DNA of 23,047 nucleotides from Selaginella moellendorffii (taxonomy: Eukaryota; Plantae; Lycopodiophyta), in assembly GCF_000143415.4 (NCBI RefSeq), contig NW_003314361.1:494646-517692 (forward strand), in the 5' to 3' direction. Shown here one piece after another: positions 9,936 through 19,518 of the stretch. Numbering within the stretch: position 1 is the stretch's first letter; each line of letters opens with the position of its first letter. The notes beneath the pieces were generated by a model, which saw nothing but the letters and a program-made list of their open reading frames with translations, ran no database searches and was not told the DNA's origin. The translations under genes and the position numbers were made by a program.

Positions 9936-9990
9936 AGTGAGGGGTTGGGCGAGAAAAGTATTGAGACAAGATGACCATTGTTTTCTTATA

Positions 9991-10923
9991 TTATTTGTAC
10001 TTATGATATGTTTTTGAATCCCACACAGGTGTCATCGCGGTGCTATGTTTGTATACATGGTAGAGCACAGCATTTCCATCGTCCTGGATGGTAAGGAAAG
10101 TATAGCAAAGACCTTGACAGAGCTTGTTCACAGCCCAGATCACTCTTTTACTCGGTCGCTCAAACATAACCATGTTTCCATCCGTTTGGATTCTGAGGCC
10201 ACAATTCACATCTCTGAGCCGCGGATAGCCATTCCTCCAGATCTCTTTGCCACCAGCTTTGACTGCCACACTACAATCGTCCTCCACCTCCAAACTATAG
10301 TAATTATTTGATGTGGTCAAGTGATAGCCCTTTGGAAGCAAATTGTAGAAGCCACTGTCCAGCGTTGTGAACCGAGTCACGCAGCTTCTACGTGGTAAAC
10401 CATGCACTGATGCTCTAGAAGAGTCCTCCATTGTTTCAACTGAAGTATTGGAATAATCATAGTAAAAATCAAGAGTGGGACGTTGGTCAGTGTGCGCAAT
10501 CACATAGTCTATACCCACAATGTCCATGACTGATAACATCTTGCTAGCTCCATAGAGGAGCATCTGGTTTGTGCAATAGTAGAGAATATTCCCAAGGGTG
10601 GCCTGGAGAACTCTTCCACGAATGTAATGCTGTCCATCGGCTCCTACTCGGCAGTAATCTGGGACCTGGCCTCCTTCGTACACAAAGAAGATAAAGTTGA
10701 CCACAACGTTGTTTGTGACGGTCACGAAATCGATGAAAGCGGATCCAACTGGGTAATACTCCTCGCCAGAGAAGAGCTTGATAGCATCGTGCATGGCTTC
10801 TAGGATGATGCGAATATCATCTGTGGAAAGGGTGTTGCGGTCTGATGAGAAATTTATTGTGTATGATTCTGTAGAAAGAGCTAGAAATGAGCAAAGAACA
10901 GCAAACGTAGTCACCCAATCCAT
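9991..10923 (-). CDS. Secreted protein with a C-terminal bulb-type (GNA-like) mannose-binding B-lectin domain, 310 aa, intronless
   Basis: Hydrophobic signal peptide MDWVTTFAVLCSFLALSTES; B-lectin repeats LEVEDDCSVAV, LRIQTDGNMVMF...VIWA and LTIQDDGNAVLY...PVWDSKT. Confidence 0.88.
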   Translation of the reverse strand: MDWVTTFAVLCSFLALSTESYTINFSSDRNTLSTDDIRIILEAMHDAIKLFSGEEYYPVGSAFIDFVTVTNNVVVNFIFFVYEGGQVPDYCRVGADGQHYIRGRVLQATLGNILYYCTNQMLLYGASKMLSVMDIVGIDYVIAHTDQRPTLDFYYDYSNTSVETMEDSSRASVHGLPRRSCVTRFTTLDSGFYNLLPKGYHLTTSNNYYSLEVEDDCSVAVKAGGKEIWRNGYPRLRDVNCGLRIQTDGNMVMFERPSKRVIWAVNKLCQGLCYTFLTIQDDGNAVLYHVYKHSTAMTPVWDSKTYHKYK

Positions 10924-11213
10924 ACTTATTACTTGCCTTTAGAAACCTTAGTTATTTGAAGATGAAGAAGAGTAAATTATTGTCATTGGAAATGTAGATT
11001 CCATTATTGGTATTGTCCTTACCACAAAGACAATATTGTATTATTTGCCTTTCATTGACTTTTTGGCATTAAATCTCCTTGTTTACATGATAATTCATGT
11101 TACCAAGATGAGTNNNNNNNNNNNNNNNNNNNNNNNNNNNNNNNNNNNNNNNNNNNNNNNNNNNNNNNNNNNNNNNNNNNNNNNNNNNNNNNNNNNNNNN
11201 NNNNNNNNNNNNN

Positions 11214-12523
11214 CTAAACTTTGGCGAGGGGGTTTCTGACATTCTCAATGGCTTTCATCAGGACGTTGCTGTTGGTACGCTTGGGTGGTGGCACATCCGG
11301 CACCGGAGCTTGGCCCTCCTCCAAGTAGTATCGATCAGCTTGCCTTGTCCGGTCCTCGTCAAAGAGTGATTTCAAGGCGACATGTGGCTTGATGCTATCC
11401 CAGGATGTGGACGACGAGGCTTCGGCCTTTTCTTTGTCAACACGTTGTGTCCCTGTGACCAGAAAAAATGCGATTAGAAAAATGCCATGGAAGAGATTGA
11501 CGTACCTGACACTGGAGAATCAGGGTGTAGAAAAGGATTCTTTTCGGAGTGGATTGGAATCTCTTCCAGTTGGCCGCTTTCAGCTACATGGATGCCTGTA
11601 GACTAACAAGCTTAATGCAATCAGACAAAGGAGTATATTTCCAGCGTACCTTCGTGATGGACAACGGGAGACGGAGGTACGAAAGGGTTTAAAGGAACGT
11701 CCTCTCCACCAAATTCATCTGCATTTAGGAATGAAAATCTCATTTGAAACTATATTTCTTTTGCATACCTTTATGAGAAGCAGAAGCTTCCTCAATGGAC
11801 GAGTTTTCAGTATTTGCATGCGCGGCTTCCAGTCGTGATGGTGGTGTTCCAGCCACCTGAGCATCCAGCAGCTGTTCCCACAGATCTGAAGGTTCGTCGC
11901 TGGAAGCAGGAGCGTCTGAAATAGAAAACGGAAAAAACTATCGTCAACGGGGATCACAATAAACGCACTGACCGATCATACATACCTTGCTCTGGATGTG
12001 AAGCAGCCTCATCTTGAGCTGGAATCACTGCATTCACAAAACTATTGATACGAAAATCCCAACAGCAAACGGTTCTTACATTCTCCCGTTAGACCCACTG
12101 TTGAGCTCGGCGTTTTATCCTCGACACCGCCTTCAGCGACAGTTTGGTGTGTCTCAGGAGCTACAGCAGGGGCAGTAACACCACCAGCAGCCTCTGAAAC
12201 TGTGAATAAAAAAAGAAGAAGAGAAAGCCGAACAGGAAGAGAAACGAGATGAGCAAAGCACCATGATAGGCTGAAGAGGTACCTTGTCGTTGATGAACAC
12301 TCTTCTCTTCGCCCGAGGAAACATCGTCAGATGATCCGTGATCTAGTTGCTCCGGCTGCTTCACCACTTCAAACCCTTTGACTTTGCCGCAATGCTTCCT
12401 GTGATTCCTGCGATGCCTGGCGCTGGGATGGTGATTTGGGTATGTCCAGCCACACCTCCTGCAAACCCAGATATCTTCGTCGTCCGCCTTGGCGGCCACT
12501 GGTACCACCGATCCGTTGCTCAT
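11214..12523 (-). CDS. Plant protein with an N-terminal C2H2-like zinc finger and a low-complexity acidic body; 3' end lost in the gap
   Basis: CRRCGWTYPNHHPSARHRRNHRKHCG at the N-terminus; seven exons joined in frame by GT-AG introns (first intron 12200-12282, second 12028-12079); C-terminal KPHVALKSLFDE motif; frame still open at the gap edge. Confidence 0.85.
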
Positions 12524-12810
12524 TCCTTCCTGTCAATCTATAACTACGATCTCGTCGGGTCAACACGCTGCTGCATTTAAAGATAAGACAACCCAAACAA
12601 AACAATGCGAAGGAAAGGAGAGAAAACCCCTCGTTTTCGCTCGACCAAGTCTTTTGATAAACAGTGCTCTAACTCGAGCAGTATAGAGAGAGAACCTACA
12701 AGAAAAAAAAACACGAGGTGTAGATTAATACAATCAATGTATCGATCGAGACCAGTGAGTATCATACAAAAAAAAAAGGGAAAAAATTCTGGAAACCTTC
12801 TATCTTCCCT

Positions 12811-13191
12811 CTACACTGCTGGGATCGTCGCGAAGGAGAAACCCTTGTAGCCCTTGTAAGCGTAGTAAGCGATTCTGGTATAGTAGAACCCCGGCAAGAA
12901 GAGCAAAGCTCCGAGGATCGTAAATGCCACGCCTGGAGGGAAGAACACCACAATTCACGCTCAATCCACTCGAAATTTCGCAAGATCGCATCGAAATATC
13001 CTAGACTCACCGTGTCCCGAGTCACCTCCGATCTTGTTGTAGATCATGAAGATCCCGATCACCATGCCAATGGCGCCCAGCGCCAGAAGCGCCACGGACA
13101 ACGCGATCTCCTTCACTGGCGGCTTGTTGTTGATGATGAATGTGCCGGTGGGATCCTCGGAGATGGAGAAAGAGTGATCGACATACGCCAT
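12811..13191 (-). CDS. TMEM230: Transmembrane protein 230-like (UPF0414 family)
   Basis: Exons 13191-13011 and 12932-12811: [13 protein letters not shown]...[13 protein letters not shown]...[46 protein letters not shown]. Confidence 0.92.
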
Positions 13192-13371
13192 CGCTGGGAG
13201 GAGCTAGGGCTATTTTCTTACTTTAATGAAGATGAAAGAGGTCACTTTTGGCGACTGACTAAGTACCCGCCCATCCCTGGCTCGATTCCCATTGCCAGGA
13301 ATTTTCCCATAGAACAAATCTTGCGTGTATTTACAAAGAACACCATTTACATACTACCTATGCACAGCTTT

Positions 13372-15154
13372 TCAATAGAAGAGATCGTGAAGAGCTTCGT
13401 ATAATGGGTACGCTGCTCTTGGCGCTGGATAAGCTCCCGAGAGAATGTCTGCGGCTGTCACGTAAGAATCGCCATAGAAACGAGCGTTCGTGTCGGATCT
13501 TCGCGTCACAACGCTCCCTTCGACCGAGACCCCCACAAACGCCCCTGTGGGAGAAGAATTCTTTGCTCGTTAGAGAAATCCCTGGAAGCTCGAATGGAAA
13601 GGAGAGCTTACCTTTGCTTAAGCTGTAGGAGTAGCAAGCAGCAGTGCCACCGTCGCCAGCTCGAACATCAGCTTCCGCGAGTCGTCCCACGGGACCGGCG
13701 ACGGCGCTCAGCTCAGCTCCCAGAGCGAAATGGATTCGTCCGCTGAAGGCCCTCACAGCCTCGGGGCTACGAAGAACGAGTATGAAGTCCGTGAGCTCTC
13801 CTCCCATCTGGAAAGTGAGTCCTGTTAGCACAAGAGAGAAAACGAGAAATGATAGAACACATGCTTGAGCTCCCCATCCAAGCCCGGCACAAGCAATCGC
13901 AGAAGGAGCCGACCATGTCCCATCCTCACGCCTCGCGATCACGAGTCCCGTTCCAAGCTTATACGTGACAACAACGCCAGCTTTCGCGATGGTTAACACT
14001 GCCACTCCCTTGGCGCCTCTCAGCACCTTTTCGGGTATTGCCTTCTCAGGTTTCAAGCCTCCAAACTAGAAAAAAAGGCCAAAAGTAAGATCGGAGAAGA
14101 GCAACCAAGAAGAGCAATACCTTTGCATAGCTTCGCAAAGCGTTTGTAGCTTTGTAGATCTCCTGCTCCATCGAGAGGCCCAAGGGGCTGTTGAGCCAGC
14201 TTCTCATGCAGCTAAAATCCGTCACGTCGTGCGTCGCCACCTGAGAGGCATTGCTCACTCGCTCCACCAAAATTCTCTGGACTGGCTCCAGTCTCTCGTA
14301 GCAAGCATCGCAGACCCGCTGAGGCTCTCGCTCTCGGAACTTCATCGGCAGCAAGCAGCGGCCCCTGGAGCAGTAGCGGCAGAAAATCCCTCCACAAAAC
14401 CGGCAGTGGTGCCTTCCACAAGTCACTGGCCGGAAGCTTGCATCACACTGCATACACGACGTTGCGGAGCTGTCTGGAAGCCACTGTGGAGGCTCGGCCT
14501 CGAGCAGAGTTTTGGTCGCTCTAACATCGTCAACAGCGCTGGAGGAGAAAAGTGGAGGAGCGCTGGGTAGCAAGACACTCCCCCATAAATCCTCCGGAGG
14601 ACCATCTTCTGCCTCTGCCCTGCGACGATCACTGCTACCACTGCTCTTCTTGCTCGCTGCCCCCGTGACAATCGCATACAAACCAGCGAAGAGATTCCTT
14701 ATAGTGATCTCTGGTGCTGGCTGCTGGTGCTGCTGGTGGATTTTCGGATAGACCCCCTCCTCCTTCGGTGGCGTACCTGAGCTTCTATCCATCTTCCTTG
14801 CGTGTGCCTGGCGAATTGCTTCCTTGAGCTCCAAATTCGGCCCCAAATTCATCTCGGCATCGAATGGCGTCCGGCAGACAGGGCAAAGCGGCGATTGCGA
14901 GTGTCTCTGGACCTGGAATCCAAAATCATCTAGCTACTGCTCGAGAAGAAGAGCATAGCCTCACTCACCTTTTGGAGACACTGGAGGCATCCATTGTGGC
15001 CGCAGGGTAGCGAGGCTGGGCCGCCATGGCGCCCCAGGGTCTCGATGCAAACCACGCACGTCGGGAGCGATTGATCGCCGCCGCCGCCGCCGCCGCGAGT
15101 AATCTCCGGGTAGTCGATCTCCTCCCCGTCGTCCTCCATGAGCCCTACAACCAT
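13372..15154 (-). CDS. RING + FYVE + SYLF/Ysc84 domain protein (related to plant FYVE2/CFS1 and FYVE3)
   Basis: Exons 15154-14969, 14912-14121, 14065-13865, 13807-13612 and 13544-13372. RING CVVC...LPCGHNGCLQC...CPVCR; FYVE WLPD...CMQC...RHHCRFCGGIFC...RVCDAC; SYLF GTGLVIARREDGTWSAPSAI...GWGAQMGGELTDF...SKGAFVGVSVEG...NARFYG. Confidence 0.93.
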
Positions 15155-15239
15155 AATGCAAACCCTAGCATTCTCTTATTACCGCCCACATTTTAGGGTT
15201 CTTGAGCTCCTCTAGGGCGATTCTTTCTGTATTGCAGCC
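15155..15239. promoter_or_regulatory. 85-bp bidirectional promoter/5' UTR region
   Basis: Lies between divergent ATGs (15154 - and 15240 +); telo-box AAACCCTA at 15160-15167, an opposite TTAGGGTT at 15193-15200, and site II-like GCCCA at 15184-15188. Confidence 0.6.
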
Positions 15240-15737
15240 ATGGGGAGGGTCACGGCATCGCCCAAGCGCGAGGATCCGCCGCAGACGCCCGCTGGGATGG
15301 CTGGGAGCCATCTGAACAACATCCCGCTGAGCGTGGCGATGGAGAGATTGGGGCTTCGCTCGCAAATGCGTGACAATGGGCCAGTCGTCTTTGATGGCCT
15401 CCAGCAGCAGCAGCAGATTGGGCGGCGATCCAAGCTCGTCCAGGAGAAGGCGGCCATGGACAAGGCGATCATCGAGATCATCACCAGCGGCCAGTGGGAG
15501 CGATTGGAGCCCAACTCGAGCAAATCCATCGCGGTGGGGAATCACCATGTCTGCGTGAGCTACGATGAGGAGATGGAGGTGGGATATCGGACGTGGGAGT
15601 GGCACGGCCATATGCTTCTCTACGACGAGGAAGAAGGGATGTACAAGCCCGAGTACGTCTATGGGAATTACTTCGAGCCTCTCCAGGGAGTTCTCAAGAT
15701 CGCCTCCAACGTGGGATCAATGGAATGGAGAGGATGA
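15240..15737 (+). CDS. Conserved plant protein of unknown function, 165 aa
   Basis: Intact GC-rich ORF with the block LEPNSSKSIAVGNHHVCV...YRTWEWHGHMLLYDEEEG.YKPEYVYGNYFE, recalled from uncharacterised land-plant proteins. Confidence 0.82.
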   Translation: MGRVTASPKREDPPQTPAGMAGSHLNNIPLSVAMERLGLRSQMRDNGPVVFDGLQQQQQIGRRSKLVQEKAAMDKAIIEIITSGQWERLEPNSSKSIAVGNHHVCVSYDEEMEVGYRTWEWHGHMLLYDEEEGMYKPEYVYGNYFEPLQGVLKIASNVGSMEWRG

Positions 15738-18112
15738 TGTCTCTCTTGGGAAGGCAGCACCGCTTCTACTAATGATCGATCGTAAGTGTTGTTCTTCCTT
15801 CATTTTTTTTCCTGGTGGCTTTCAGATAGATCTTTGATCGTTTTTCTTGTTTCTTCTCAGACTTTACCGCTTGAGGTAGTGCTTCTTTCGTAAATTGATT
15901 CTTCTAATATCGTTGAATTGTTTGTTTCAGGTTTGCATTGTCTTTCGATACTCGATCGAAGTTTCCAAAAGCTGGTCTCCGTAGAAATGTAGACGATTAT
16001 AGTAGCTTCTTTCAGAATGTAAGTTTTGACCAGTGGGATCTATTCTATGCACTTAGGCATTAAACGTCTTAATAATTAGGGGATGTAGCTAAATTAGTAC
16101 TAAGAAGGTATCTTTTATGTTATTTAGTCTATTCAAAAATCAAAACCTTGTTTTCAAATTTTCACTATGATAATAATAGTTTACAACATCTTAATTATGC
16201 ATTTAGATAGAAAGTAGTTAGTTGATGGGCTAAATTCCATTGCACTAATAATAATATATAACATTGTATCAATTATAAATAAGTTGCACCACTTACAAAG
16301 ACATTAGTATTTCCTCGTAATATTTCTTTAAATCTTAGCTTATCAACTAGCAAATTTTAACATGTACCATAGGATAGGAAAAACAAACTAACACTAAATC
16401 AATTGCTTTATATTTTACAAGTGGATGATCATAAAAGTTGTAGTGTTATTGGTGTTCCAGTTATATGCAACTAAAGTGCTTAACAAACTTTACTCAAATT
16501 AGTGGAAGATTTTTTTTCAAATATTAATCTAGCAATAATGAAGATAAACTCAACTCTATTGACTATATTGAATCATAACTATATAAAAATTTATATAATG
16601 CACTAATGGAATTTTGTACTCCCATGATATATAAAGTATCCTTTTGTGGATAATAAACACTTATGAAAGTGTGGTATATTTTCAACCGAGACATTAAAAT
16701 ATGAAATACCTTAGATATAAATACAAGACCATTATTTGAGAATTTGCTTTGAAAAATACTGGAATACCACTTGATTGAAGAGGAGGTATCTAATAGTAAT
16801 TGTAAGCACACTAGCAAAAGCACTAACTTCCACCTAACAATTTAGGAGCAATAATAACATATTCATTGTAATGATTGATTGTGGAAAAAACACTATTATA
16901 TATAATGCCACAAACTCAAATAAATATGAAATTGTAATTAACTACATATACAACATAAAGAGGAATATTACAAGCTTCGCACTAAAAGTAGCTATATACA
17001 TACTAAAACCTATTATATCATATTCCCAATTAATAGAAAGACTTGTGCAACTTATCAATCATATGACAATATTCTATATGCCCACCTAGAATAGAAAAGT
17101 TATAGCAAGTGTAAAGAAAGTGTGAAATAAAAATAAAAGGCACCACCAATCACAAATACTCATCAAAATTAATCCTTATAAAGTAAAGAAGATTATCTTT
17201 TAAAGCAATAATAAAAATATAAATGCTGAAATGACAAGTTATTAGCATGTGATACAATATTCTTAAACCCATTATAAAACCTTCAAATCTATAGCTTGAG
17301 GTTTTGAGCTTTTGACCCTTATAAACCTCATCAAAATAAAGTAAATCTAACTCTACACCTTAATATTAAATATAATAATTGTCAATAACACAAAAAATTT
17401 GTTTAATTCTAGAACAATAAGCTTATTAAAAACACAAGAAAAGAGTAAAGAAGGGAGAGAAGCTCAAAAAAAAGTGTTAATATCAACTATAAAACTCTTT
17501 AGATGATGAATAACCTTGAAGTAATATATTTAAAATTTTAGAGCCTATTGAGTAATATGACCTATCAAATTCTTCCACTTCAATAATGAAGTGATGACAG
17601 CATAATTATCTTGCAGTGATGTCCAAATAGAAGTATATATGAATTTCTTGAAACCTCAAATTACTATTAAACACTTTTTCTTTATTGTGAAGTAATTCTC
17701 TTCTATTAGTTGTAATATATAGCTTCTACTCTGTTAGAGTGTTGAAAGCCTATTGGGAGAACTGTAAAGCAATGAAAATCGTAGTTAAGAGTGTAGAGCA
17801 TTTTTGAGTTTATAAGTTAAAGAGTTGAGTTTGCGAGTTAAGCTTAATTGTCAATTGTAGTTGTNNNNNNNNNNNNNNNNNNNNNNNNNNNNNNNNNNNN
17901 NNNNNNNNNNNNNNNNNNNNNNNNNNNNNNNNNNNNNNNNNNNNNNNNNNNNNNNNNNNNNNNNAAAGTAATTTTATCACTTCCTTAAAGCTATACTCTG
18001 TGTTTTATTAATAAATGTTAAGGTTTTTTCAGAATAAAAAAAATTTAAAATTTAAAATAAGATTCTATGTAAGGCCATGTAACCACTTAAAAGGAAGAAA
18101 AACAATTATTGA

Positions 18113-18326
18113 TGTAAGCTTGTTAAAATAGAGACTTAGTTATCCTCTAGAATACATTCCTAAAGGGTTTGTTATAGCATGGTGTCTAGAATTTATGAAT
18201 CTTCACTTGCACTCTCATTTGAAAATAGAGAAATGCATATAAAAATAGAGAAATGCATATAAATGTTTATGGATTTTAGTGTTAGTAATTTTAACTTAAG
18301 TAAGGTTTTTTCTGCCTATACTTACG
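18113..18326 (-). repeat. Possible 3' LTR of the gypsy relic
   Basis: Bounded by TGTAAG...CTTACG and preceded on the minus strand by a purine-rich PPT-like tract (aaggtaggggcaagaa, 18327-18342). Contains a 20-bp tandem duplication (18222-18261). No second LTR copy was found. Confidence 0.3.
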
Positions 18327-19518
18327 TTCTTGCCCCTACCTTTAAAATAGTGACAAACAAACAAAGACAAGAACGTAGAGAAGAGAAAAGGATAAAAAGA
18401 ATGAGAAAAGAATATAAGAGAACTCAACTTTAAATTCTAAAGGCATGAGTAAGGATAAATATATATGACTCTTTCAACTTTACTTTGCATAAACAATCAT
18501 AAGTGGGAGAAAAGATAGTTAATTCAAGGCAAATGCATATAATAGTGAGTGGGGGTTCTTTTCTAGCACATATAAGTGCTACTTATATATTACATAATTT
18601 TATAATCATTCCTAACTACTCCTCGCTTGTTTATGACAAATATTGCCTAGATTTGGTCTTTTTTTATTAGATGCCTAAGTTTAGATGTAATTCCATAGCC
18701 ACATCTTAACATGTGACCATGGTAGATTGTGTTGACTCCAAACACACGAGAACCCTTTGAAGAGTGTAGAGTGTACCTCTACTGTTGATGCCAAGTGTTG
18801 GTAACTACATGAAATAGTAAAAACTCTGAAAAATAAATTGAAAAAAAAAGAAAAGGGGTAGGTGTGAAGTTTGAAGACAGGGATGAAATCTAGTGGGAAA
18901 CCTTCTAGCCAAACTAGACTTTGATGTAAAAGAAAAAATGAAGAAAAGTGTGAAAAGAGATGAAAAATAGAAGAAAAAAAATGAGTACCCAAAGAATTTA
19001 ATTTGTACTTGGATTTTTGCTCAGGAAAGTATAATATGCAAATGTAGCCTTGTGATAACTTTAGGTATGCTTCAAGAATTGGCCAAAATCGAGAAAGAAA
19101 GAGAGGTAGAAAAGGGATGCATTGCCCAAGGTGGTAAGTGTAAAAATGATGAAAGATAGAGTGATATGGTGGAGTGCCAAGATAGTGGTGGCACTCTAAG
19201 AAGATGGCCATCTCTAAAAGTGTTAGGCCTATGTTGAAATGGACAACATAGTCACTAGCTCATTAATAAAGAGAGTTGCATATGTCCACTGAGTGTTGGA
19301 GCAGGAGAAGGTGGCTTTGGCTTCTGTAGCCTCACCTAAAGATCCACCTAAATGCCTTGAGTGAATAGGTTCACTTGGTTGGAAGAAAGTTGCTCCAAAG
19401 CTAGCATGTCATTAGCAAATGGCCGTAATGATATATCAAAAACAGCACGTCCAAATGAAGTGATGTCTTTTGCTACTGGTGTTTGTATGTGTGTCCATAG
19501 TATGGTGTAAATATAACC

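Noticed and set aside
12347-15837. Numerous antisense or alternative-frame ORFs (e.g. 13012-13404 +, 14229-14570 +, 15165-15611 -)
   Set aside because: Shadows of GC-rich real coding exons with no recognisable motifs.
16563-17089. Short ORFs in the AT-rich intergenic stretch
   Set aside because: I/N/K/Y-biased composition expected by chance; no motifs or splice support.
17732-17864. Possible LTR start (TGTTAGAGTG...) before the gap
   Set aside because: No partner LTR, PBS or TSD visible; truncated by the gap.
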